64,000 nt of DNA from Halanaerobiales bacterium (GCA_022360715.1 JAKSCG010000237.1:34232-98231), one strand, 5' to 3'. Positions 17,367 to 27,302 are shown, counted from the stretch's first letter. The notes: generated by a model not told the origin, from the letters alone. Made by a program: numbers and translations.

Positions 17367-17608
17367 GCTGTTATTATATAGACCGTTCGTTCTTTTTCCG
17401 ATAAAAAAATGTCTCGGTGAGTTCGGCAGATTTATATCGAACATTCTTTCTATTGCTTTAAATTATATCACCACTAATTTTCTCTGTCAAGTCACTGAAA
17501 ATATTTTTATTTGACTCCGTTTGCGGAATCTCTGATTCTTGTCGATTGAACTTGACAAGTGTTATCTAAACTGATATTATATTGATTAGGTTATAGACCG
17601 AATGTTCT
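17341..17608. promoter_or_regulatory. Four copies of a 14-bp near-palindromic operator motif (AGAACRTTCKGTCT) in the ompM1/tetR divergent region
   Basis: Written on the minus strand: 17354..17341 AGAACGTTCGATAA; 17393..17380 AGAACGAACGGTCT; 17447..17434 AGAATGTTCGATAT; 17608..17595 AGAACATTCGGTCT. The last lies at about +9..+22 of the tetR promoter. Confidence 0.55.
17552..17580 (+). promoter_or_regulatory. SigmaA promoter of the TetR-family gene
   Basis: TTGACA (17552..17557), a 17-nt spacer and TATTAT (17575..17580), with TG at -15/-14 (extended -10). Confidence 0.7.
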
Positions 17609-17628
17609 ATTAAAGGGTGGGCCGAATT

Positions 17629-18258
17629 ATGAATACAGATAAAAATAAAATCAGTACCAAAGACAGAATCTTAGCGGTTTCAGAAAATCTTTTTGCCGAA
17701 AAAGGCTTTGATAGTACCGGCATTGATGAAATAGCCAGTAATGTCGGCATTGCCAAATCCGTGATCTATTATCATTTTAAGAATAAAGAGGACATTCTGA
17801 AGACGCTGTTTGAAAAATATTTGGGACAGGGTTTTGAGTTAAAAAAAGATAAAATAGATGAAATAGTTATTAATGATAATGTTAATTATAAGAAAATTTT
17901 TAGTGAAACGCTGAATCGTGCCGAATTATGGAGGAATTTTTCCAGGATATTGTTTATGGAATCAATGAAAAAAACTGATCCTGAAAACAACTTATTATTC
18001 AAGCTTTGGGAAAGGAATATGGAATTCCTTTATGTTGTATACAAAGATAAATTAAATGATCAAGCTATAAGCAAAAAAAAGGAATTATTAACTAAATCAT
18101 TCTTTATGTTGGGATTGCCCTGGATTGGTTTTCAGGTCTTTGTTGCTAGCTGGTCTGAATTCGTAGACATAGAAGAAGAGGAATTAAACAAAATGCTCAC
18201 TGAAATAATGGATGAGTTTCTGGAAAAAATATGGTTGGAGAAATTGTTTAATTTATAA
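17629..18258 (+). CDS. TetR/AcrR-family transcriptional regulator
   Basis: Track ORF starts at GTG 17617. ATG 17629 has AAGGGTGG 8 nt upstream. N-terminal HTH: ILAVSENLFAEKGFDSTGIDEIASNVGIAKSVIYYHFKNKEDIL. Confidence 0.85.
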   Translation: MNTDKNKISTKDRILAVSENLFAEKGFDSTGIDEIASNVGIAKSVIYYHFKNKEDILKTLFEKYLGQGFELKKDKIDEIVINDNVNYKKIFSETLNRAELWRNFSRILFMESMKKTDPENNLLFKLWERNMEFLYVVYKDKLNDQAISKKKELLTKSFFMLGLPWIGFQVFVASWSEFVDIEEEELNKMLTEIMDEFLEKIWLEKLFNL

Positions 18259-18315
18259 CCAATAAGATCGCTATTTCAATATATATTAATACTACATGAT
18301 TTTTGGGATGGTTAT

Positions 18316-18362
18316 AGACAGAACGCTCTGTTTATTTATTTGCTTTCTAGACAGAATGTTCG
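18316..18362. promoter_or_regulatory. Two further copies of the same operator motif upstream of the MMPL/RND gene
   Basis: On the plus strand: 18316..18329 AGACAGAACGCTCT and 18349..18362 AGACAGAATGTTCG. Both match the reverse complement of AGAACRTTCKGTCT and lie ~100-140 nt upstream of the ATG at 18459. Confidence 0.5.
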
Positions 18363-18458
18363 GCATACGAAGGGAGGTCTGAGCGATATGTAATAAAGAT
18401 ATAAAAAAATTATCTAATCTATTCAATCCCGGTCAAAAAAAATTAAGGAGGGACTCAA

Positions 18459-20939
18459 ATGAAAAGCAATAAACTAAAAGAAAAGATTGCTTCTTTCGGT
18501 ATGAATGTAATTATTAAGCGTAGATACCTCTTTCTTCTTCTCTTGCTTGTACTTGTGGTGATATGTGCAGTCGGTGCTCAGAAAGTTAGGCTTAACAGTA
18601 ATGATGAGGCTTTCTTTCCGGAAGATAGTCCTACATTAAAAAAATATGATCGATTTAAGGAGATCTTCGGTAGCGAGGAGTACATTTTTATCCTTGTTGA
18701 GAGTGAGCAAATTTTTAACTATGATGTTTTAAAATATATCGACGACTTAAGTCAGGACATCAACGAAAACTTGCCTTTTGTAAAGAAAGTAACTTCTTTA
18801 ACCAACATTGAGTATCTTCAAGCAACAGATAATAATTTAATTATTGAGGATTTATTTAAAGGGGGAATTCCCAAGGACCCGGAAAAACTTAATCAAGTTA
18901 AAGATAAAGTTTTAGCCAAGAAATCTTATGTCGGAAGTATAATAACCGCCGATGCAAAGAGCACGGGAATAATTGTTCAAATTAAAGCTCTCCCTGACTC
19001 GGTTTATGCCGCTGTTCCCGAGAATTTTACTCCCATTCAGCAGGAAAACTGGCCGCCGGAAAAAATACTGATGAAATCAGATCTATATACTAATCCTGCT
19101 GCCCAAGCGGGACTTAATCAAGTACTTGATCCCCGCAAATTGATCACACCGGCTCTAAGGGTTATTCTCAATCGGCAACCGGAAGAAAATGTTAAAGTAT
19201 ATGCTACCGGAACGCCCATTATCAACTATGAGCCGGATCTAGTCGCTGCTCAGGAGGGCGGAAAGTTTGGTGTAATCGCTTTATTAGCTGCGGTTATCCT
19301 GATGTTCCTCCTATTTAGAAGTTTTAGAGCTATCCTGGGGCCATTTATCGTAATCCTGTTTACCATGATTATGTTGTTTGGCCTGCTAGGCTGGTTAAAC
19401 CTAGAATTATCAATGCTGATTATTATTATTCCAACACTAATTCTGGTTATCTCGGTCAGTTATTCCATCCATGTAATCAATCATTTTCTTTACGCCTTTA
19501 ATCAAACAGGGTCCAGAGCAGCAGCGATTAAATATGCCTATCAAGAATCAACCTGGCCGATCTTGATCACTGCGGTTACCACAGCTTTAGGATTCCTGTC
19601 ATTTGTAGTACTCCCGATGCCTCCAATTAAAGTAATTGGGATTAGTTGTGCTTTAGGTGTCTTTATTGCTTATCTGCTTGTGATGACTATTATTCCGATT
19701 ATTTTTTCGATCGGCAAAGATCGGACTAATAAAAAAGGGGAAAAAATCAAACAGGCCAAGAAGGAATCCTTTCGCGATAAAATGGTTAGCTGGTCAAATT
19801 TTGTTGCTAATAATGTTAAATTTACGGTATTGCTCACAGTTATATTAGTACTGGTTTTAATTGGTTTTTCCTTCAAGATGCAAGTTGACCCGGATATATT
19901 GGAAATGATCGGTGATGATATAAAATTTGTTAGAGATACCAAATATATTACCGAGCGACTGGGTTCTCCCTATTCTTATGAGATATTGATTGAACTCCCG
20001 GAAGAAGAAATGGCAAAAAATAGTGCAATTCTGCAGGAAGTAGATCGGATGAGCGATTTAATAAACAACTGGGAAACTACATCCAACATAACATCACTTA
20101 CAAATATTATTAAAGATTTGAACTTGACAATGAATAATAATAATGAGGGATATTATACTATACCGGATTCAGAGCAATTAATCTCGCAGTATCTACTGTT
20201 ATATGAAATGTCAGGGGGAGAAGGTTTAGAAGAGTGGGTTAACTTTTCTTATGACAAAATGCGTGTTTCTGTTCAGGTTAATGAGTTTAAGGAGCGGCTA
20301 AACAATGACTTCGAAAAAATAAGTGCTTATGCCGATCAGCATTTCCCGGCCGGCACAAAAGTAACAGTCGTCGGAAACATTCCGATCTCCCTGCAGGTAA
20401 TGGAGTATATCTCGCAGGGGCAGATAACCTCGATACTATTGGCGCTATTGGTTATAACGATTATTATGATTATTGTGCTAAAATCACTGAAACTAGGCTT
20501 ACTTTCGATGCTGCCTAATGTTATACCAATACTAACAATTATCGGTTTGATGGGTATGGTCGGGATTCCACTCAATTTATTTACCCTAATAATCGCTCCG
20601 ATGATCCTGGGAATTGCCGTTGATGATACCGTTCACTATTTTGTTCACTTCAAGGAAGAATTTATGGAAGCCAAATCCTATTCAAAAGCCAATAGAGAAA
20701 CCTTTAAAAAAATCGGCCCTGCTTTAATCTTCACATCAGTTATCTTAATGATTGGTTACGGGATATTCAGTGTATCAAAAATGCAGGCTTTTGCCCATGT
20801 AGCAATACTCTCTACTGCCGGCATCTTTATTGCCTTAGTGGCCGATATGTTCCTCACACCGGCTATTATTATGTACCTTAAACCCTTTGGCCGGCCGGTA
20901 AAGATAACTGAAAAGGAGAATGCCTCCTATGAGAACTAG
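18459..20939 (+). CDS. RND-superfamily exporter, MMPL/HpnN-like (COG1033 type)
   Basis: 826 aa. One N-terminal TM, a large soluble loop, a 5-6 TM bundle (residues ~265-420), a second large loop and a second TM bundle (~650-810). This is the 12-TM pseudo-duplicated RND/MMPL layout. AAGGAGGG lies 7 nt upstream of the ATG. Confidence 0.75.
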   Translation: MKSNKLKEKIASFGMNVIIKRRYLFLLLLLVLVVICAVGAQKVRLNSNDEAFFPEDSPTLKKYDRFKEIFGSEEYIFILVESEQIFNYDVLKYIDDLSQDINENLPFVKKVTSLTNIEYLQATDNNLIIEDLFKGGIPKDPEKLNQVKDKVLAKKSYVGSIITADAKSTGIIVQIKALPDSVYAAVPENFTPIQQENWPPEKILMKSDLYTNPAAQAGLNQVLDPRKLITPALRVILNRQPEENVKVYATGTPIINYEPDLVAAQEGGKFGVIALLAAVILMFLLFRSFRAILGPFIVILFTMIMLFGLLGWLNLELSMLIIIIPTLILVISVSYSIHVINHFLYAFNQTGSRAAAIKYAYQESTWPILITAVTTALGFLSFVVLPMPPIKVIGISCALGVFIAYLLVMTIIPIIFSIGKDRTNKKGEKIKQAKKESFRDKMVSWSNFVANNVKFTVLLTVILVLVLIGFSFKMQVDPDILEMIGDDIKFVRDTKYITERLGSPYSYEILIELPEEEMAKNSAILQEVDRMSDLINNWETTSNITSLTNIIKDLNLTMNNNNEGYYTIPDSEQLISQYLLLYEMSGGEGLEEWVNFSYDKMRVSVQVNEFKERLNNDFEKISAYADQHFPAGTKVTVVGNIPISLQVMEYISQGQITSILLALLVITIIMIIVLKSLKLGLLSMLPNVIPILTIIGLMGMVGIPLNLFTLIIAPMILGIAVDDTVHYFVHFKEEFMEAKSYSKANRETFKKIGPALIFTSVILMIGYGIFSVSKMQAFAHVAILSTAGIFIALVADMFLTPAIIMYLKPFGRPVKITEKENASYEN

Positions 20940-21723
20940 AAAAATATTTATTATCTTTTTTTTATTGATGTTTTCCGTAAATGCTCAGGTATTAGCTGGG
21001 GAAGGGTTAACCGGCAGAGAGATTATTGAAAAAATGGAAACAGTAACTTCAGTAAAAGATATGCAGGCAGAAATGGTAATGAGAATTATCCATCGATCAG
21101 GTAAGGAACGGATCAGGGAGTTGAAAACAGCATCAAGTGAGAATGATGCCGGAGTGGAAAAATCACTTATCCGCTTTCTATCCCCGGCTGATGTACGCGG
21201 TACCGGTTTTCTCAGTATAGACAGACCGAACGGGGCCGATGAACAATACCTTTATCTGCCGGCCCTCGGCAAACCCCGTCGACTTTCCTCCGAAGAGCGA
21301 GGCGGAAGCTTTATGGGTTCTGATTTAAGCTATGAAGACCTTTCTCCCACCATCGATGATTATACCTATACATTGATTAGTACGGAAGAAATAGGTGGTA
21401 AAGAAGTATATGTTGTTGAATCACAACCTGTCTCAGCTAAGGTAAGATCAGATGTCGGGTTTGCCCAAAAGATTTACTGGATTAGAAAGGATATAATGAC
21501 CCTGATTAAGGCTGAGTTTGCGGACAGCTCCGGGACAGTGATTAAGTTAATGGAGGTCTCGCAAATTAAACAGATCGAGGGGAAGTTCTGGCTGGGAACT
21601 AAAATTGACATAAAGGATTTAGAGGATGGTTCAAGGACTGTCTTAGAATATAGAAATATTGAGATCAATAGCGGATTGACTGATAATTATTTTACGATCA
21701 GACAGCTAACCCGCCCGCTATAA
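20929..21723 (+). CDS. LolA-like 'outer membrane lipoprotein-sorting' family protein (copy 1)
   Basis: Track ORF starts at 20920. ATG 20929 is better spaced from AAGGAGA. Signal peptide (...NAQVLA|GE). The central motif QYLYLPALGKPRRLS...GGSFMGSDLSYEDL parallels ...LWMFFPEAEDVVKIS...NQSMMGSDFSYQDM in the 32744..33496 product. I recognise this as the LolA_like family that typically accompanies COG1033 and FtsX-type transporters. Confidence 0.6.
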   Translation: MRTRKIFIIFFLLMFSVNAQVLAGEGLTGREIIEKMETVTSVKDMQAEMVMRIIHRSGKERIRELKTASSENDAGVEKSLIRFLSPADVRGTGFLSIDRPNGADEQYLYLPALGKPRRLSSEERGGSFMGSDLSYEDLSPTIDDYTYTLISTEEIGGKEVYVVESQPVSAKVRSDVGFAQKIYWIRKDIMTLIKAEFADSSGTVIKLMEVSQIKQIEGKFWLGTKIDIKDLEDGSRTVLEYRNIEINSGLTDNYFTIRQLTRPL

Positions 21724-21735
21724 GGAGGAAAGAAA

Positions 21736-22890
21736 ATGCCAAAAAAAATGATCTTAATATTGACCGTCACAATTCTAATCTTAGCCTTCCCGACAATGAA
21801 AGTTGGAGCAGGAGATCTAACCATAGAGGGAGAGTTGACCTCCAGACTGGAGGGTAGTTTGTCCGAAAGCGAGCTTCTCCTGTTAAGTAATCACCTAAAA
21901 CTGAATCTTAACCACTATAGACCAGAGGCCGGGCTGACCACAGCTACCCTCGAAATTTCAGATCAGCGGGGGACTAAACTATCTTTAAAAGAGGCCTATG
22001 TCGAACTATATTATGCGGCAACGGATTTAACGATCGGTAAGCAACGGATCGCCTGGGGTAAAGCCGATGGAATTAATCCGACCGATAACTTTAATCCCCA
22101 AGACCAAACACAACCCTTTGCTGATGACAACAAGCTCAGGGTGCCGGCAGTCCGGGCCAGACATTATTCCGGTGATTGGATATTTGATCTGGTCTGGGTC
22201 CCCGCCTTTACCTCTCCCGTTTTTGCCGCACCGGGAGAACGCTGGTCAGTATTACCATCTGGTAGAATAAAGCCCGTATATCCAGAGGATAAATTGAAGC
22301 ATTCCGAGTATGGGGTTAGGGCCTCTAGATGGACCCCGGCAGTGGATTTTTCGGTCAGTTATTTCAATGGATATAGTAAAGATCCGGCCTTTCCTCCCGA
22401 TCCTAAAAGGGACGGAGGAGATTATATTTGGCAACCTGAATTTTACCGGGTTAATGTCCTGGGTGGAGACTTTTCCAAAGACTTCGGCAGTTTTGTACTG
22501 CGGGGAGAAGGGGCTTATTTTAAGCCGGAGGAAAACTTCCAATTGAAAAACCCATCTTACCAGTGCGTGCTGGGAGTGGACTTCAACCTGATCAATCAAC
22601 TATATATAAATACTCAATACTATCGAGAGCAGGAAGCAGAGCGGGAAGCAATCAATATGATAACCGGCTCGGCCCAATATGAGGTCACCCCTTTTCAATC
22701 CTTTGAACTAAATGGGTCTTATGGGCTAGACCATCAGGATTATGTTTTAAACCCCGTCTATATAGTCGATGTAGTCGACGGCCTATCTCTCTCCCTCGGT
22801 CTTTACTTTTTTGCGGGAGATGAGGGGACTCTGTTCGGTAGTTTTGCGGAAAAGGATTATTACTATCTTCAGCTAAATAAATCTTTTTAA
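21736..22890 (+). CDS. Putative outer-membrane beta-barrel protein (DUF1302-like; copy 1)
   Basis: Signal peptide. LTIGKQRIAWGKADGINPTDNFNP motif, shared as LTVGRQPISWSFGSMLNPVDYS with the 31631..32728 product. Alternating amphipathic strands. C-terminus ...YLQLNKSF. Confidence 0.55.
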   Translation: MPKKMILILTVTILILAFPTMKVGAGDLTIEGELTSRLEGSLSESELLLLSNHLKLNLNHYRPEAGLTTATLEISDQRGTKLSLKEAYVELYYAATDLTIGKQRIAWGKADGINPTDNFNPQDQTQPFADDNKLRVPAVRARHYSGDWIFDLVWVPAFTSPVFAAPGERWSVLPSGRIKPVYPEDKLKHSEYGVRASRWTPAVDFSVSYFNGYSKDPAFPPDPKRDGGDYIWQPEFYRVNVLGGDFSKDFGSFVLRGEGAYFKPEENFQLKNPSYQCVLGVDFNLINQLYINTQYYREQEAEREAINMITGSAQYEVTPFQSFELNGSYGLDHQDYVLNPVYIVDVVDGLSLSLGLYFFAGDEGTLFGSFAEKDYYYLQLNKSF

Positions 22891-22900
22891 CAATTGCAAA

Positions 22901-22938
22901 CTGAGCACAGGGCGATATCATTATTCCCCTGTGCTCAG
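22901..22938. terminator. Bidirectional hairpin between convergent OMP and IclR genes
   Basis: CTGAGCACAGGG (22901..22912) pairs with CCCTGTGCTCAG (22927..22938) around a 14-nt loop. The plus strand continues CTATTTGG. Confidence 0.55.
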
Positions 22939-22964
22939 CTATTTGGACTTAATTATTTAATATT

Positions 22965-23741
22965 TTATCTGTTGGCTATATATCCCAAAACAGCCGACAT
23001 TTTTCCGGTATATTCTTTGACCAGTTCAATTGTCTCCGGCAGCCTTTCTTCCGTCATCCGCATCACCGGCCCGGAAATACTAAAAGCAGCGGTTAAGTTT
23101 CCCTGATGATCAAAGATTGGCCCGGCTACACACCTTACTCCTTCTTCATGTTCGACATTGTCGAGGGCATAGCCTTTTTCCCTGATCTCAACCAAATGTG
23201 CTTTAAATTTAAGCTGATCGGTGATCGTACTCGGTGTAAAAGCTTTAAGTTCGATCCTGGCAATCACCTTCTCCATCTCGGCCGGTGCAGTAAAAGCGAG
23301 CAGTACTTTCCCGATCCCGGTACAGTAAAGGGGAATCCGCTTACCAACACTGGAATACATTCGGATTGTCTGGGATGGTTCAACTTTGTCGATATAGACG
23401 GCCTCTCCATTATCGATGATCCCTAAATGGATTGTTTCATTACTTTTTTCCATCAATTCTTCTAATAAAGGCTTAATCTCTCTTCTTAATTCAAGTTTAC
23501 CAAGGACCAGATTACTCAGTTCCAATAACCTGATCCCCACTCGATATCCGCTATTTTTATCCTGCTTAACATATCCCCGATAAGCAAGTGTCGCCAGCAA
23601 ACGATAAACACTACTTTTATGCATTCCTAAGGAATTACTTAACTCCGTCACCCCTAGGGCCCGATCAGCCTGCACGATTTTTTCCAGAACATTCAGGGCT
23701 CGGTCTAAGGATTTAATTAATTGGTCTGGTTTATCCATCAT
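22965..23741 (-). CDS. IclR-family transcriptional regulator
   Basis: N-terminal wHTH (SLDRALNVLEKIVQADRALGVTELSNSLGMHKSSVYRLLATL) followed by an IclR-type effector domain of ~170 aa. Confidence 0.85.
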   Translation of the reverse strand: MMDKPDQLIKSLDRALNVLEKIVQADRALGVTELSNSLGMHKSSVYRLLATLAYRGYVKQDKNSGYRVGIRLLELSNLVLGKLELRREIKPLLEELMEKSNETIHLGIIDNGEAVYIDKVEPSQTIRMYSSVGKRIPLYCTGIGKVLLAFTAPAEMEKVIARIELKAFTPSTITDQLKFKAHLVEIREKGYALDNVEHEEGVRCVAGPIFDHQGNLTAAFSISGPVMRMTEERLPETIELVKEYTGKMSAVLGYIANR

Positions 23742-23870
23742 ATTATTACCTCGAAATTCCAGATTTTATTCTTTACTAACTTTAATCCAGTTTCCTGCTA
23801 GCTTAGACTAATTTATTCTAATACAAAAATCTTAATTAATTGTATAATGTTTTCTACTGTTGTGTCAAAT

Positions 23871-25457
23871 TCAATTTTCCTCTTTGTTTCTTGCAAGAAT
23901 CCTCCCCGGACTTGAGCGACTAAATTTTCCTTGCTTGACGATGATTTCTCCGGCTATTATAACAAACTCAATCCCTTCCGGTTTTAAAGACGGATTATGA
24001 TAATCCCCTGGGTGGCCGATCTTCTTTTCATCAAAAATTACTAAATCAGCATAGTTATTTTGCCGGAGCGAGCCAATCCCTTTTAAATTAAAAAGACTGG
24101 CCGGTAAAAAGGTCATTTTTCTAATCGCCTCTTCTAAAGGAATTAAACTCTGCTCTCTGACCATTTTACCTAAAACCCTTGGAAAGGTACCATATGAACG
24201 AGGATGTGGCTTTTCCCCAACTAGTATCCCGTCAGAGCCGATACAACAATATTTATCTTGAAATATATTTTCCCAATCTCTTGCACATTGTTGAAAAATT
24301 ACCATAGTCCCGGCAGCCTCTGTTGCTAATAAAAGATCAAAAACTAGTTCAGCAGGTTCTTTTTTTAATTCTTCAGCAAGTTCTACGATCGTTTTACCCT
24401 CAAAAGCTTTTAATTTTGGCAAACTACTAATTAGCACATTTTCCCAGCCGGCTTCTTTGGCGATCGAATCCCATCCCGGAATGCCCTGTTCAATATCTTC
24501 TTTTATTTTTTCTCTAGTTTTTGCATCACTTAAGCGAGATAAAACTTTATTAATTCCCCCTTCCGCCACCCAGTGCGGTAACAAAGCCATTAGCATCGTA
24601 CTCCCGGCTAAATAGGGATATTGGTCCAGGCTAATCCTAACCCCTTGACTACGGGCTTTTGTGATTATTTCGATCGTCTTTGCTGATTCTCCCCAATTAT
24701 TTTTCCCACAGACCTTGTGATGAGAAATATGAACAGCAACACCGGTTTCTTGTCCTAATTTAATTGCTTCTTTAACTGAATCAACCACTGCACTTGATTC
24801 ATTTCTGATATGAGTAACATATGGAACATTAAACTCAGCCGCAACCTGGCATAACTCTTTTAACTCTTGATAAGTGGCATAACAGCCCGGCGGATAGATT
24901 AAACCGGTTGATAACCCTAATCCCCCACCCTTCAAACTCTCTTTTAATAGCTCTTTCATTATTGCCATCTCTTGCCTGGTTGCTTTCCTTTTCTCAAAAC
25001 CCATAGCTGCGATCCTTAAATTCCCATGGCCAACCAGACTGCCGATATTTTGAATTAAATGGCCTCTTCGGGCATAAGTAAAATATTCTTTGAAAGAGTG
25101 CCAGGAATAAACAGGCAGCTCACCTAAAATTATCTTCAGATATTCCTTAATTTCTTTTTCTTTCCCGGGATGGATGGGGGCAGCAGAAAAGCCACAATTC
25201 CCGACTATTTCTGTGGTTATTCCCTGTTCAATCTTGGGTAGGACTTCACCCTTTAATATTGCCAAATCGGCATGGGAATGGATATCGATAAACCCAGGTG
25301 CAATTATTTTTCCATTAGCATTAATTATTTTCCGGCCTTCTTTAATCCCTGTTGCGATTTTGATAATTTTCCCCTTGCTAATCGCTATATCCCCCGAATA
25401 GCGGGGGGTACCTAAGCCATCAACAATTACACCATTTTTAATTAGCAAATCATGCAC
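23871..25457 (-). CDS. N-acyl-D-amino-acid deacylase (D-aminoacylase) family amidohydrolase
   Basis: GTG start with GAGGGGGG 7 nt upstream. N-terminus DLLIKNGVIVDG...GFIDIHSHAD. Length (528 aa) and layout are typical of D-aminoacylases in the amidohydrolase superfamily. Confidence 0.7.
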   Translation of the reverse strand: MHDLLIKNGVIVDGLGTPRYSGDIAISKGKIIKIATGIKEGRKIINANGKIIAPGFIDIHSHADLAILKGEVLPKIEQGITTEIVGNCGFSAAPIHPGKEKEIKEYLKIILGELPVYSWHSFKEYFTYARRGHLIQNIGSLVGHGNLRIAAMGFEKRKATRQEMAIMKELLKESLKGGGLGLSTGLIYPPGCYATYQELKELCQVAAEFNVPYVTHIRNESSAVVDSVKEAIKLGQETGVAVHISHHKVCGKNNWGESAKTIEIITKARSQGVRISLDQYPYLAGSTMLMALLPHWVAEGGINKVLSRLSDAKTREKIKEDIEQGIPGWDSIAKEAGWENVLISSLPKLKAFEGKTIVELAEELKKEPAELVFDLLLATEAAGTMVIFQQCARDWENIFQDKYCCIGSDGILVGEKPHPRSYGTFPRVLGKMVREQSLIPLEEAIRKMTFLPASLFNLKGIGSLRQNNYADLVIFDEKKIGHPGDYHNPSLKPEGIEFVIIAGEIIVKQGKFSRSSPGRILARNKEEN

Positions 25458-25470
25458 TTGAAAGCCCCCC

Positions 25471-26760
25471 TCAATTATAACCTAATAAGTTTGGGATAAA
25501 CATGACTAATTGCGGTATATAGGTAATTAAAAAAAGAATCGCTATTTCCACGATAATAAAGGGGAGAATATCTTTAGCGATAACCTTTAAACTGATCTTA
25601 GTAATACCGCAGGCGACAAATAAACAGGCTCCCAATGGTGGGGTCATCAAACCCATCGTTAAATTAATTGTCATGATAATCCCGAAATGGAGAGGGTGAA
25701 CCCCTAAACCGATAGCTATTGGGCCAAGGATTGGAGCCAGGATAATTAGGGCAGCAGTTATATCCATAAACATTCCAAAGACCAGTAATAAAATATTGAT
25801 CAGAAAGAGCATGACCAGTTTATTGCCGGTAATACTAATCATAAAGTTGGCAATAGACTGGGGAATCTGCTCACTGGCCAATACCCAGGCCAATATTGCC
25901 GCACAGGATAAAATAATTAAAATCATTCCTTGGGATGTCGCAGTATCCTGAATAATCTTCCAGAAATCTTTAACCTTTAATTTTCGCATAAACAAGCCGA
26001 TTATTACGGCATATAAAACTGCAACTGCTGCTGCTTCGGTCGGTGTAAAGATCCCCCCCAAAATACCTCCTAAAATAATCAAAGGCATGATCAAGGCGGG
26101 AATGCTTTCTTTTAAAGCAATTATAACCTCTTTAAAGCTTGGGATCGGTCTTTTTTCGGCATAATCTTTTTTAATTGAAATAAAATAGCTCAAGATCATA
26201 ATTGATGTCCCCAGTAAAATTCCCGGTATTATTCCCGCGGCAAACATGCCGGCAATGGATACATTCATCAGGGAGCCATAAACTACCATAATAATACTGG
26301 GGGGAATTATTGGACCGATAATCGAAGAAGCGGCCGTAACCGCAGCACTAAATCCCTTGGAATAACCCCGCTCGACCATGGAAGGGATTAAGATCGAACC
26401 CAGGGCTGCTGTATCTGAAACAGCTGAACCGGTTAATCCCGCAAATAACATACTCGTTAAAATATTTACATGGGCCAGACCTCCACGAATCCATCCTACC
26501 AACATTTCCGCTAATTTAATCAGGCTATTGGTAATTCCTGTTCGATTCATCACTTCCCCGGCCAGCATAAAAAAGGGCATGGCCATAATGGCATAACTAT
26601 TTAATCCACCGAACATCCTTTGGGGCATGATTCCTAAAAAAGAAATATAATCCAGTTTAACTAGGGTAGCTAAGGCAGTAACTCCTAACGAGTAACTGAT
26701 CGGCATTCCTAAAAAAATTAATGACAACAATACCCCGACAATAAAAATTGGTGTATTCAT
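25471..26760 (-). CDS. dctM: TRAP transporter large permease
   Basis: 429 aa, ~12 TM, with typical DctM composition. Overlaps the DctQ gene by 4 nt. Confidence 0.85.
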   Translation of the reverse strand: MNTPIFIVGVLLSLIFLGMPISYSLGVTALATLVKLDYISFLGIMPQRMFGGLNSYAIMAMPFFMLAGEVMNRTGITNSLIKLAEMLVGWIRGGLAHVNILTSMLFAGLTGSAVSDTAALGSILIPSMVERGYSKGFSAAVTAASSIIGPIIPPSIIMVVYGSLMNVSIAGMFAAGIIPGILLGTSIMILSYFISIKKDYAEKRPIPSFKEVIIALKESIPALIMPLIILGGILGGIFTPTEAAAVAVLYAVIIGLFMRKLKVKDFWKIIQDTATSQGMILIILSCAAILAWVLASEQIPQSIANFMISITGNKLVMLFLINILLLVFGMFMDITAALIILAPILGPIAIGLGVHPLHFGIIMTINLTMGLMTPPLGACLFVACGITKISLKVIAKDILPFIIVEIAILFLITYIPQLVMFIPNLLGYN

Positions 26761-27302
26761 CTTTGATCCGTCCTTTCTGCAATCAGTACACCATCAATAA
26801 TAATTGTCATCACTTGTTGCAACAAAGTCAGCAAACACCCTACTGATATGGCTAAATAAGGTATCATCATACTTATTCCAAGTGAACCTGTTTTTCGACT
26901 CAGGCCTTTTTCAGCAAAACTCAATCCGTTATAAAAAATGATAATCAAAAAAATGGCGACTAAAGCCTCTAAAATAAACTGAATACCGATTTGAATTTTT
27001 TTAGGAAATTTTTCAAAAAGGATATCAATTCTGGGATGTTGCCTGTATTTATAGACAATACTTGCCGATAAACATCCTAACCAGATCATGCTATAAACTG
27101 AAACCTCTTCAACCCAGGGAAGCGGATTAACCAGCACAAAACGATAGTATACTCCGGCTAAAACTGAAATAACCATAATAAATAATAAGACTCCGCAAAC
27201 TGTCTTGGTTACATTTTCTAAGAGATGACTTATTTTACTTAATATAGCTTTTACTCCGCTCCTTTTTTCAATTTTATGGCTCCCTGTCTCTACCTCCCTC
27301 AT
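26757..27302 (-). CDS. dctQ: TRAP transporter small permease
   Basis: 181 aa, 4 TM. Lies between the DctP and DctM genes. AGGAGGG lies 5 nt upstream of the ATG. Confidence 0.8.
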   Translation of the reverse strand: MREVETGSHKIEKRSGVKAILSKISHLLENVTKTVCGVLLFIMVISVLAGVYYRFVLVNPLPWVEEVSVYSMIWLGCLSASIVYKYRQHPRIDILFEKFPKKIQIGIQFILEALVAIFLIIIFYNGLSFAEKGLSRKTGSLGISMMIPYLAISVGCLLTLLQQVMTIIIDGVLIAERTDQR

